Shown here: positions 28,459-37,028 of the stretch, one piece after another
Numbering within the stretch: position 1 is the first letter of the stretch
Layout: every line of letters begins with the position of its first letter
Assembly: GCA_963698845.1 (NCBI GenBank)
Contig: CAVOSH010000006.1
Coordinates: 37,242 to 101,241, forward strand
Direction of reading: 5' to 3'
Length of the DNA: 64,000 nucleotides
Source: an uncultured Acidobacteriaceae bacterium
GTDB lineage: Bacteria; Acidobacteriota; Terriglobia; Terriglobales; Acidobacteriaceae
Notes under the pieces: generated by a model
Told to the model about the DNA's origin: nothing
The model's database searches: none
What the model saw: the letters and a program-made list of their open reading frames with translations, nothing else
Translations under genes and position numbers: made by a program

Positions 28459-29261
28459 CAGGCGCCGCCTCGTGTCAGCGTCTCCATGGCTTCGCGCAGC
28501 TCGGCGTCTTTCGATACCTCATCGTCGCCGGCATCGCTGCGTGGCGGAGCCTTCGTTCCCAAATTCTTTTCCAGCGCGCTGATGATGGTCTCAAAGACGC
28601 ACTTGCGCGTGTACGACTTCGAGGTCGCTCCGACGATGGTCCACGGCGCAAATTCCGACTCCGTCAACTCCAGCATCTCTTCGGCAGCGGCGAAGTAGTC
28701 GTCGTACTTCCTATGCCTCGACCAATCGGCTTTGGTGACGCGCCAGGCTTCCAGCGGGTTCGCCTCGATCATCTGGAACCGCCGTCGCTGCTCCTTCCGG
28801 CTGATGTGCAGGAAGAATTTGAGGATCACAGTGCCATCGTCGGCCAGCATCCGTTCGAATTCGAGGATGTCGCGAAAAGCTTGCCTGGCCGCCTTCTCCG
28901 CAACCACTTGCTCGACGCGTTCTTCCAGCACCCGTCCGTACCAGCTGTGATCGAAGATCACCATTTCGCCGCGGTTGGGCACCTTCAGCCAGAAGCGCCA
29001 TAGCCACGGACGCTGCTGCTCGTAGGTGCGCGCGGCGGTGATGGGATACAGCTTGAATCCGCGCGGATCGAGCCGCTGGGTCAACGCGCTGATGGTCGTT
29101 CCCTTGCCCGAGGCGTCCCAACCTTCGAAGACGATGAGCGTCGGCACGCCGTTGTCCCAGCATGCCTTTTCCAGATCGTAAAGACGCAGTTGCAGGCCAG
29201 GAACGGTTCGCTTGTACTCTTCCGCCGAAATTTTTTTCTTCAGGTTGAGGTTCTCAAGCAT
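28458..29261 (-). CDS. ppk2: Polyphosphate kinase 2 family protein
   Basis: ..LIVFEGWDASGKGTTISAL.. and ..FDHSWYGRVLEERVEQV.. Confidence 0.9.
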   Translation of the reverse strand: MLENLNLKKKISAEEYKRTVPGLQLRLYDLEKACWDNGVPTLIVFEGWDASGKGTTISALTQRLDPRGFKLYPITAARTYEQQRPWLWRFWLKVPNRGEMVIFDHSWYGRVLEERVEQVVAEKAARQAFRDILEFERMLADDGTVILKFFLHISRKEQRRRFQMIEANPLEAWRVTKADWSRHRKYDDYFAAAEEMLELTESEFAPWTIVGATSKSYTRKCVFETIISALEKNLGTKAPPRSDAGDDEVSKDAELREAMETLTRGGA

Positions 29262-29352
29262 GGCTTGAGTTCATTCTACTCAGAGAACAAAGCCGTCGAT
29301 GTGATGTGCAAACCGGGCGCGGCGAACTCCCCGGCAAATCTACCCTCACCAA

Positions 29353-30141
29353 TTACTGGGCGCTGCGCAACAGTTCCATCAACTGCTGAACCGTGCCCGC
29401 ACCGGCATCGCCAATTACCACGTAGCGCAGTCCGCCCTGGATCCAGGTGCGGAGCGTGAACGACGATGTTTGACCCTGGTAGGACGACACAGGCAGGTCG
29501 AGCTGCGAAGTATCACGGAAGATGAAGACTGAGATGAAATGGCGCTGGTAGCGAAATACCAGGTGCGCGCCGGGCTCCTGGTGAAAATAGGCAACCCGGC
29601 CGCCAACCAGCGTGAACGCCGAGCCCTGAAGTTCGGGCAGCGCAAACGTAAATGGAATCCGTCCCTGGAACCACGGCTTCACTGTGTGCCGGTCGGTCGA
29701 GACGACTTCGACCGGATTTGCGCTGGCCAAGTTCGCCACATGAAGATCAGCGAACTCCGCTAGCGATTTCGATTCCTGCCGCCGGTTCGATGCCACGAAC
29801 AATCCAGCCGCAATCAGCAATAGTGCGGCGACCGCAACCGCCCAGCGCGGCCACATTCCAGACAAGTAATCTGCAAAGACCGGCCGGCGCTTCTTCTTTT
29901 CAGCGATCGCTGGTTGGACTTCGGATTTCGCCGACTCTAAGACCCGCGCCCGCAATTCCGGCGACGCCGAATACCGCATTCCCGCCCGGCGAATGGCCGA
30001 CTTGCTCTCGACTGCAGACAACGCCAGGACTGCGCAGTCCGCACACTTCGCTGCGTGCGCACGAAATGTCGCTGCGTCGGCGGGCGAAAGTTCTCCGTCC
30101 ACGTAGGCGTCGATTCGATTGTGCCACTCAGTGCAGCTCAT
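29353..30141 (-). CDS. Anti-sigma factor (zf-HC2 type) with one TM segment and an extracytoplasmic domain
   Basis: MSCTEWHNRIDAYVDGEL..FRAHAAKCADC (HxxxCxxC). The TM segment is WAVAVAALLLIAAGLFV. Its ATG overlaps the sigma gene stop (ATGA at 30138-30141). Confidence 0.75.
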   Translation of the reverse strand: MSCTEWHNRIDAYVDGELSPADAATFRAHAAKCADCAVLALSAVESKSAIRRAGMRYSASPELRARVLESAKSEVQPAIAEKKKRRPVFADYLSGMWPRWAVAVAALLLIAAGLFVASNRRQESKSLAEFADLHVANLASANPVEVVSTDRHTVKPWFQGRIPFTFALPELQGSAFTLVGGRVAYFHQEPGAHLVFRYQRHFISVFIFRDTSQLDLPVSSYQGQTSSFTLRTWIQGGLRYVVIGDAGAGTVQQLMELLRSAQ

Positions 30142-30695
30142 GATGGACCTTGCTTGCCGGCCGAAGGCGGCCGCGTCCCTTGTTCCGTTAGCAACCGCCG
30201 CAAAGACTTTCGGGCACGTGCCACTCTCGACATGACGGTGCCGATCGGAATCCCCAGCACCTCCGCGATCTCCTTGTATTTCATCTCCTCCACATCGCAG
30301 AGCAGCACGACTTCGCGGTGCTCCACCGGCAAGCGCTCCAGCGCGGACTGCAAAGCTTCGCGGGTGGCGGAGGCCAGAGCCAGCGACTCCGGCGTCTCCC
30401 AAGTCACGGCAACGGAGAGTCCTTCTTCTTCGTCCTCCAGGCTCTCGGTCATCCTCGAAGTTAACCCCGTGCGCGAGGTCAAGAACGTGTTGCGCAGAAT
30501 GCGAAAGATCCACGCCCGGAAATCCGTGCCCGGCGTGAACGATGCAAAGCCGCGCAGGGCCTTGCTGAAAGCTTCCTGCACCAGATCTTCGGCTTCAGTC
30601 TCATCCCGCGCCAGCCAACGCGCGAAGTTGTAGAGCGAGTCGAACAACGGCATTGCGAGCCGCTCGAAATCGCCAGTGCTGTTTTCAGCCTTCAC
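30138..30695 (-). CDS. ECF (sigma-70 family group 4) sigma factor
   Basis: 185 aa with region 2 (EAEDLVQEAFSKALRGF..FRAWIFRILRNTF) and region 4 (EMKYKEIAEVLGIPIGTVMSRVARAR). Confidence 0.9.
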   Translation of the reverse strand: MKAENSTGDFERLAMPLFDSLYNFARWLARDETEAEDLVQEAFSKALRGFASFTPGTDFRAWIFRILRNTFLTSRTGLTSRMTESLEDEEEGLSVAVTWETPESLALASATREALQSALERLPVEHREVVLLCDVEEMKYKEIAEVLGIPIGTVMSRVARARKSLRRLLTEQGTRPPSAGKQGPS

Positions 30696-30710
30696 GCCTC
30701 AACCTCACTG

Positions 30711-30736
30711 AACTCGCCCACGCGGAATTTATTCCC
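30711..30736 (-). promoter_or_regulatory. ECF-type promoter candidate for the sigma/anti-sigma operon (GGGAATAAA..N..GAGTT)
   Basis: Minus strand reads GGAAT-N15-GAGTT, about 15 nt upstream of GTG 30695. It mirrors the plus-strand copy at 30781. Confidence 0.4.
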
Positions 30737-30780
30737 GCATGCCAAATTTATTTTTGTTGGGCACCCGTGCGCTGCGCGGC

Positions 30781-30805
30781 GGAATAAAAAATTCGGACGC
30801 CAGTT
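30781..30805 (+). promoter_or_regulatory. ECF-type promoter candidate for the metallophosphoesterase operon (GGAATAAA..N..CAGTT)
   Basis: GGAAT-N15-CAGTT, 34 nt upstream of ATG 30839. Confidence 0.4.
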
Positions 30806-30838
30806 AGCGATGGTGACACGTAATCGAGGTGTTCGGCA

Positions 30839-31835
30839 ATGAAGCAAGCGACACAAACTAAAGCCGGCGAGATCGTAGTCTCAGACCAGATCTTGCATGA
30901 CCACAATCATGATGGCATCGACCGCCGCGGATTTCTGAAGTGCATGGCTTGGGCCGGCACCGGCGCCTTTTGCGTGATGAAGGGCGGCGTACTCAGCTCC
31001 TACAGTCTGGGTAACCTCTCCGACTTCGGCAAACATGCTGCGAAGGGCGAACTAACCTTCGTCCAGATCAGCGACAGCCACATGGGTTTCGACAAGGCGG
31101 CGAATCCCGACGTAGTCAGCACGTTCCGCGCAGCTATCGACAAGATCAACGCGCTGCCCGCCCCTCCGGCCTTCATCCTGCACACCGGCGATATCAGCCA
31201 TCTCTCCAAGCCCTCCGAATTCGACACGGTCGACCAGTTGCTGAAAAGCGCGAGCGCCAAGGACGTGTTTTTTGTGCCCGGCGAGCACGACGTGCTTAAT
31301 GACGACGGCAAGCAATATCTGGAGCGCTACGGCAAAGGCACGCAGGGCTCCGGCTGGTACAGCTTCGACAACAAGGGCGTTCACTTTGTCGGCCTGGTGA
31401 ACGTGATGAACCTGAAGGCAGGTGGCCTGGGAAGTCTGGGCAACGAACAGCTGGAGTGGCTGGAAAAAGATGTGAAGCATCTCTCCAAGAGCACGCCCAT
31501 CGTCGTCTTCGCGCACATTCCGCTTGTGGAGCGTCTATCCGGAGTGGGGATGGGGCACCGAGGACAGCGCCCAGGCGCTTTCTTACCTGAAGCGCTTCGG
31601 CTCGGTCACCGTACTGAACGGGCATATCCATCAGACCCTGATGAAGGTGGAGGGCAATGTCACCTTCCACACGGCCTGCTCCACGGCGTTTCCTCAACCA
31701 ATGCCCGGCCAGGGACCGTCGCCGGGCCCGATGAAGGTTCCAGCCGACCAGCTGCGAAGCCTGCTGGGCGTGACCGATGTGAACTACGTGCAACACCATC
31801 ACGCACTGGCCATCACCGACAGCAGTTTGGTTTGA
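30839..31835 (+). pseudogene. Tat-signal metallophosphoesterase, one frame break
   Basis: Tat motif DRRGFLK. ..FVQISDSHMG.., ..HTGDISH.., ..VPGEHD.., ..VFAHIPL then WSVYPEWGWG..VLNGHIHQ in another frame. The break is at 31525. Confidence 0.8.
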
Positions 31836-31866
31836 CGAATCGAGAACGGCATTTCAGGAGAGTGCA

Positions 31867-32222
31867 ATGAAAAATAAATTATGGATCTTCGTAATGGCGC
31901 TGGGGTTGATCGCAGCTGGAGCGGGCACGCCGACCGGTGCTATTGCTGACTCTGCGACTTCGCAGGGTGCGGCGGAAGCGGTAGTAAAAATCGATAACTT
32001 CAGTTTTTCACCGGCCACGTTGACCGATTGCCGTGGGCACAACGGTGCGGTGGAGCAATGCTGACGACATCCCGCACACCGTCGTCAGCGACGACAAGAT
32101 TTTCAAGTCGAAGGCGCTGGATACCGACGATCAATTTACTTACACCTTCACCAAAGCCGGGCACGTACGGCTATTTCTGCGGACTTCATCCCAAGATGAC
32201 GGCCAAAATCGTGGTCCAGTGA
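31867..32222 (+). pseudogene. Cupredoxin (plastocyanin/amicyanin-like) protein, two frame breaks
   Basis: Signal peptide, then ..VVKIDNFSFSPATLT | VGTTVRWSNADDIPHTVV..FTYTFTKAG | TYGYFCGLHPKMTAKIVVQ*, giving the H..C..H..M copper ligands. Breaks near 32025 and at G-run 32159-32161. Confidence 0.7.
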
Positions 32223-32683
32223 CGGGGGACATCGTGAACCCCTTTGACCTGAAGTCGGCGCTGCTGGCCAAGCACGCGCAACACGTCGTGCTGATTCATT
32301 TCCCTATTGCGCTATTTCTAACCAGCGTTATGTTTGACTTCGCCGCCCACTGGAAGAAGAGCCGCGTGCTGGCCGCCGTGGCTTACTACAATCTGCTGGC
32401 AGCCGCCATCTTCTGCGTGCCGGTGTTGGCGACCGGCATCCTGGCCTGGCAATTGCAACTCGAAGGACAGCGGCTGAAAGGGATTCTGCTGTACCACCTG
32501 GTTCTCGCGACAATTTCTTGTGTGTTGATCTGGCTGATCGCCTGGATGCAGTTTCGAAACCAGCGAAAGCCGCAGCGGGACCGCACGTCATTGCGTCTGC
32601 CGATCGAAGTCGTGGCCGCGATTGCGATCGCGCTCACCGCTCACCTGGGCGGGTTTCTCAGCGGTGTCAATGGTCCGGGATGA
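32219..32683 (+). CDS. DUF2231 family membrane protein
   Basis: ..HVVLIHFPIALFLTSVMFD.. with four TM segments. The GTG overlaps the upstream TGA (GTGA). An alternative GTG lies at 32234. Confidence 0.7.
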   Translation: MTGDIVNPFDLKSALLAKHAQHVVLIHFPIALFLTSVMFDFAAHWKKSRVLAAVAYYNLLAAAIFCVPVLATGILAWQLQLEGQRLKGILLYHLVLATISCVLIWLIAWMQFRNQRKPQRDRTSLRLPIEVVAAIAIALTAHLGGFLSGVNGPG

Positions 32684-32703
32684 ACTGCCGGGAATGAACT
32701 TCC

Positions 32704-32818
32704 GGGTACCCCATGTCTCGCGGGTTCCGAGACGGGGGGGTGACTTTCAACCATGGGTCAGTGAGTCACCGCATAGGACACGAAAAACCCCAGGTCTCGA
32801 AAACCGCGAGAACTGGGG
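32704..32818. repeat. REP-like units, family 3 (GGGTACCCCATGTCTCG..CGAGACGGGGG; CCCCAGGTCTCG..CGAGAACTGGGG)
   Basis: Two palindromes at 32704-32740 and 32788-32818. They share the head-plus-palindrome design of family 1. Confidence 0.6.
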
Positions 32819-32858
32819 CTTTCGAATTACGCTGGTGACGATCGATGTTAGCCCGGAA

Positions 32859-33212
32859 TCACTGCTGCGGGTGCTGGCCGTGCTGATGGACGTACTTGAT
32901 CACCTCTACTTCGGAGATTGCGATCAGCCCTTCCGACACCATCTCCTCCAGCGCGGGCAGCAGGCGTTGAATGTTCTCATCGGTGTCGATCACCTGCACC
33001 AGGATGGGCGCGTCGGCGGAGAAGCTCAGCAGGTGCCGCCGCCGAATGATGGTGCTGGCGCCATAGCCCTCGATACCGCGCAACACGGTCGCACCGGCGA
33101 TGTCGAGTTCGCGGCAGCGCTCCACGATGGCCTGATAGAGCGGGCGTCCCTTCCACTTGTCGTCTTCACCGAAGTGGATACGCAGCATCTTGGCCTTTCC
33201 CTCGAGTTTCAC
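32859..33212 (-). CDS. DUF190 (PII-like, CrcB-associated) protein, single domain
   Basis: 117 aa. ..MLRIHFGEDDKWKGRPLYQAIVE..AGATVLRGIEGYG.. The ATG overlaps the upstream stop (ATGA). Confidence 0.85.
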   Translation of the reverse strand: MKLEGKAKMLRIHFGEDDKWKGRPLYQAIVERCRELDIAGATVLRGIEGYGASTIIRRRHLLSFSADAPILVQVIDTDENIQRLLPALEEMVSEGLIAISEVEVIKYVHQHGQHPQQ

Positions 33213-33931
33213 TCTGGCTTCTCCTCTTTCTCGGGCAGCGGCGCGTTTGAGTACTTGATGACTTCCGCGTCCGACAGCACGACCAGCCCTTGCTTTACCA
33301 TCTGATCGAGCACCGGAAAGAACGCGCGCAGCTTCTCTTCGGTGTCCACCACGGTCAGCAGGATGGGCGCGTCGTGCGAAAGATTCAGCGCGGAATCCTT
33401 GTGCATGCGGCGATTGGCGCCGTAGCCCAGGATGCCCCGATACACCGTGACTCCCGCAATATCATTGGCGCGCAGCGCCTCTACCAACGCCAGGTACAGC
33501 GGCTTGTCCTGCCAGCGATCGCTCTCTCCGATCAGGATGCGCATGATCTTCGCTGTCGATTGCAGCTTGGCAACGGCAGGCGCAGGCTGCGGCCGCTTCT
33601 TGTCGGTCGCGGGGTTGATGACCATCGTGTCCTGCACTTCGATCAATCCGTGAGCTGCGATCTCGGTGAGCTTGGGCAGCACTTCCTCGACGCGCTCTGC
33701 ACTCTCCACAAATTCAATCTTCATCGGCATCTGGTCGGCAAGCTCGACCAGGCGGCTGGTGTGCAGCTTGTGGTCGGTGCCGAAGCCGGCAATGCCGCGG
33801 GTGACCGTTGCATCGGAGATTCCGCGGAAGAAGAGGTAGTCGAGTACCGCCGCATAGCAGGCCATGCCGTGATACTTCTGTCCCTCCATCACGTAGACGG
33901 TGACTTTCTTCGCTGGCCCGGTGGTTAGCAC
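33209..33931 (-). CDS. Tandem DUF190 protein (two PII-like domains)
   Basis: GTG 33931 is preceded by AGGAGG. Domain 1 ..VTVYVMEGQKYHG..TVTRGIAGFG.. and domain 2 ..MRILIGESDRWQDKPLY..VTVYRGILGYG.. Confidence 0.85.
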   Translation of the reverse strand: MLTTGPAKKVTVYVMEGQKYHGMACYAAVLDYLFFRGISDATVTRGIAGFGTDHKLHTSRLVELADQMPMKIEFVESAERVEEVLPKLTEIAAHGLIEVQDTMVINPATDKKRPQPAPAVAKLQSTAKIMRILIGESDRWQDKPLYLALVEALRANDIAGVTVYRGILGYGANRRMHKDSALNLSHDAPILLTVVDTEEKLRAFFPVLDQMVKQGLVVLSDAEVIKYSNAPLPEKEEKPE

Positions 33932-33971
33932 CTGTCCTCCTGAAAGTTGCGGATTTCTGCAACTGTTCCGC

Positions 33972-34331
33972 TCATACGAACACCCTGCCCACGACATCGC
34001 CGAACCATACGGCGGCGAACCCCGCGATGACACTGACCGCGAGATTCAGCAAGCCGATGGCAAGCTGTCCATCCTGCATGGCACGCAGCGTTTCAAACTC
34101 GAAGGTTGAGAACGTCGTATACGCTCCAATGAACCCGATGGGCACCAGGTAGCGCCAGTTCGGATTGGCCGTGGTGCGCGCCAGCAGTTCCATGCAGACT
34201 CCCAGCACAAAGCACCCGCTGATATTGACCAGCAGCGTTCCGTAGGGAAAGCGGAAGCCCACACGGCTGCCGACGTAGTTGCCGATCAGGTAGCGGGCGA
34301 TGGAGCCGGCAAACCCTCCAGCGCCGATCAT
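33972..34331 (-). CDS. crcB: Fluoride channel CrcB/FluC
   Basis: ..GAGGFAGSIARY..FPYGTLLVNISGCFVLG..GFIGAYTTFSTF.. The start could be GTG 34388 instead. Confidence 0.9.
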   Translation of the reverse strand: MIGAGGFAGSIARYLIGNYVGSRVGFRFPYGTLLVNISGCFVLGVCMELLARTTANPNWRYLVPIGFIGAYTTFSTFEFETLRAMQDGQLAIGLLNLAVSVIAGFAAVWFGDVVGRVFV

Positions 34332-34542
34332 GACATATTTGAGCAAAGTCGAGCTTCCTTCCAATGCAAGGTGAACAGCTTCCACCACCCTTCGGCTTCG
34401 CCAGGGCAGGCTACGGCATGGAGAACACGGACGATAAGGAATCTGTTCTCGTGCTTCCAGCCTGATGAAAGTCAGGTCTGATGTCTATCAATTTTTCTTA
34501 GGAAGACTCGCCGGGGACATGACTCCGCGACAAGTGTTCCTT

Positions 34543-34610
34543 GTCAGGAGTCATCATCTGTCCCGGACTAAGTGAGACAGCGGTTAGGGGTGAACTCCTT
34601 CACCCTGAGG
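34543..34610 (-). promoter_or_regulatory. Fluoride riboswitch (crcB RNA motif)
   Basis: Minus strand reads AGGGUGAAGGAGUUCACCCCUAACCGCUGUC..GACAGAUGAUGACUCCUGAC. This aligns with the Bacillus cereus crcB aptamer GGCGAUGGAGUUCGCCAUAAACGCUGC..GCUAAUGACUCCUAC (quoted from memory). A downstream GACUCC..GGAGUC alternative hairpin follows. Confidence 0.85.
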
Positions 34611-34702
34611 ATGCTTAGTTGATACAGGAGCGCCGCCTTCGAAGTCAAGCGACGCCAAAGAGTACGTAATGGATCAGTCTGCAGTTGTGGACAAGTAATC
34701 TT

Positions 34703-34855
34703 GGGTGGAGCACGCCTTCTGGGCGTGCAGTTGAGATCCTCTCTCTAATCTCTCGGCTTCAGCCGCTGAGGTAGGGATAGATTTACTTCAGACGCTAAAG
34801 CGCTCATCGAATTGGGCCTGCAATATGCAAGCCTGCAGGCGTGCTCCACCCTGCA
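34703..34855. repeat. Intergenic mosaic repeat, family B (second locus)
   Basis: Contains the same three sub-elements as 26031-26185, in rearranged order. Confidence 0.7.
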
Positions 34856-34894
34856 CAGGTGAATTTCAAACTGACCCACTACCCGCCGGCAGAG

Positions 34895-35347
34895 CTACTG
34901 CTGCATCTTCACATGGACTTCCTGGTTGCCTTTCAGCTCAAACGTACAGGCGCTATACGACGGTGTCTTGATGACGGCATGCGGATTATTGGAGAGGCCC
35001 CACTGCTCCTTGGGCTGGCCCACAAAATTCCGATCGAGCTTGTGATTCTTGTTCACGTCGTGGACCAGCGCCACTGCATAGGTTCCGGCAGGCAGATCCG
35101 GAACCGTGATCGTGACCGTGCCTTCGTGCGCCGGTACGGTGATGTCCTTCAGCGCGGTGCTCCGGTCCTCCGCCCATCCCTTGGCAGAGTTGAAGACCAG
35201 CAAACCGACATTCCCGCCCAGGTTGTTGACGCCTTCGACGACCACGGTCAGGGTGTAGCCCGACGTCGAGGCCGCAGCAGGCTGCTGCGCCACGGACGGT
35301 ATTGCGAAAGCCAACGCTAGTACAGCGAAAAGCGCGGAAAAACGCAT
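34895..35347 (-). CDS. DUF2141 family secreted protein
   Basis: GGAGGA RBS and a signal peptide. ..LPAGTYAVALVHDVNKNHKLDRNFVGQPKEQWGLSNN.. Confidence 0.8.
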   Translation of the reverse strand: MRFSALFAVLALAFAIPSVAQQPAAASTSGYTLTVVVEGVNNLGGNVGLLVFNSAKGWAEDRSTALKDITVPAHEGTVTITVPDLPAGTYAVALVHDVNKNHKLDRNFVGQPKEQWGLSNNPHAVIKTPSYSACTFELKGNQEVHVKMQQ

Positions 35348-35543
35348 GAGTCCTCCAAAATTGGTGTCGTTGCTAGGCTGCTCCAGAATCGGGCTGGGTG
35401 TAAACCTAATTTCTCCCCAGTCCTTGACATTCCCGAATCGGGAGCCCGCGCTTCCGCAGTGTTCACACCTCACAGGGATCTGGGAGCTCGCAACCTTACG
35501 ATGAATGGTTCAGCGAAATCCTACCTGCCGTGATCGAGGTGCG

Positions 35544-36017
35544 ATGAAGAAACTTAATGCAGTCGAAGAAGCCCGGGCCATCATGAAAGAAGGCATGGAA
35601 TGGGGCGTATGGAAGTGGTTGATGGAAAAAAAGCGCGTGCGCGGGATTGCCGATCAGGCGCGAACCGCCCTGGATGAACTGGAGATCCAAACCAAACTGA
35701 AATGGCCGGACGAGTACAAGCTTGCCTACAACGAACTGGTCGGCGAGGATGAGCCCAAGCGTGGACGCAAGCCGGCGAAAGACAAGAAATCCCCGGCCGG
35801 CGCCAAGAGCGATCCTAAGATTGTCGCCGCGGTGAAAGCCGTAGCCGAGGCCGACGACGAAGCCTACAACGCGCACGAGGATGCGGAAGAAGTTTTCGCC
35901 GAGGCGGAGCGCAAGATGAGCACCAGCGGCGCGCGCGAGGGCGCAAAGATGGCGCTGATCGCCTACGACAAGCACGAGGCGGCAATCAAGAAAGCCGAAG
36001 CCCTGGCCAAGAAGTAG
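35544..36017 (+). CDS. Hypothetical protein (Lys/Glu/Ala-rich)
   Basis: GAGGTG RBS. 157 aa with no family recognised. Confidence 0.55.
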   Translation: MKKLNAVEEARAIMKEGMEWGVWKWLMEKKRVRGIADQARTALDELEIQTKLKWPDEYKLAYNELVGEDEPKRGRKPAKDKKSPAGAKSDPKIVAAVKAVAEADDEAYNAHEDAEEVFAEAERKMSTSGAREGAKMALIAYDKHEAAIKKAEALAKK

Positions 36018-36305
36018 TAGTCAGTAGTCAGTATTTCCGGCTGGATGAGTTCATACCCAGGAGCTACCAGTTTTGTGTCAGGGCAGGCGTTTACTCGTGC
36101 CGAATGATTTCCATTGATACCGACGGCTTTAGCCGCTGCCTGCGGCACGCAGGGGATAAAGCCCTACGCGCTATTGGGGCGGTTACGGCACGGCTGAAGC
36201 CGTACCCTGACACAACGCAACTCATCCTCGGAACTTTTCCGACTCACCCTCCGTATCTTCCACTGTGAACGAGGCGGCCACCGCGGCCGCGGAAGGAGTG
36301 GAGCG

Positions 36306-36656
36306 ATGGACGGAAACTTTGTAGGATTCGCAGCAGTTGTGATGGTCTTCGCCATACCGCTGGCAGCCATCTACGCCTTTTACCGGGTGCGCCGTTTGCG
36401 CACTGAAGAGCGCCTGGCGGCTATCGCCCGCGGCGTCACTGTCCCCATGGAACCCGAGTTGTCGCAGGCCGCGCACTCGCGCCGCTGGGGCATTCTGCTG
36501 GTCTTCGGCGCGCTCGGCTACTTCCTCACCTTTAGCCTGATTGGACGCGTGGAGCCTGATGCGCATGTCGCCGCGGCCTTTGGAATCATTCCGTTTGCCA
36601 TCGGCCTGGGTTTCTTCCTGGATTCGGTTTTGATCCGGCGCGATTTGAAGGCGTAG
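36306..36656 (+). CDS. Small membrane protein (three TM segments), family not recognised
   Basis: GGAGTGGAG before the ATG. The hydrophobic segments are separated by RVRRLRTEERLAAIARG. Confidence 0.55.
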   Translation: MDGNFVGFAAVVMVFAIPLAAIYAFYRVRRLRTEERLAAIARGVTVPMEPELSQAAHSRRWGILLVFGALGYFLTFSLIGRVEPDAHVAAAFGIIPFAIGLGFFLDSVLIRRDLKA

Positions 36657-37028
36657 TGCGGCGTGCTACCGCCCGGGTCACGAACAATTGATCTGCGCGA
36701 TCATGCCAGAATTCGAGCCGATACAACGCCCACCGCTCTGGTGGGCGTTTCTATCTTCGGCTGATTGTTCTCTCGATGGTCATCTGGGTCTTCAACCGAT
36801 CGGTGTCATCCTGAGCGCAGGCGTGCGCCGTTTGCACGCCGGAGCCGAAGGACCGCTACCTTCAGCGGGCGGTCGATTCGCAAGGACAGGGGGCCATCGG
36901 CTGCGCTTGGGATGGCACACGAATTTTCTTGACGTATCGTGCCCATTCCTGCCGCAAGCCAGTCAACTGACTCCGGCTCACGCGCTGCGCCCCCACTCTG
37001 AGTGGCGACTGCTGCATAAGCCACCCTC

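Noticed and set aside
36790-36870. GTCATCCTGAGCGCAGGCG..GCCGAAGGACCGC element as a gene fragment
   Set aside because: It resembles a short dispersed repeat common in such genomes; compare CCCTGAGCCCGCCGAAGGG at 3519-3537. There is no ORF support. I treat it as another intergenic repeat, but with only two partial copies in the window I did not list it as a feature.
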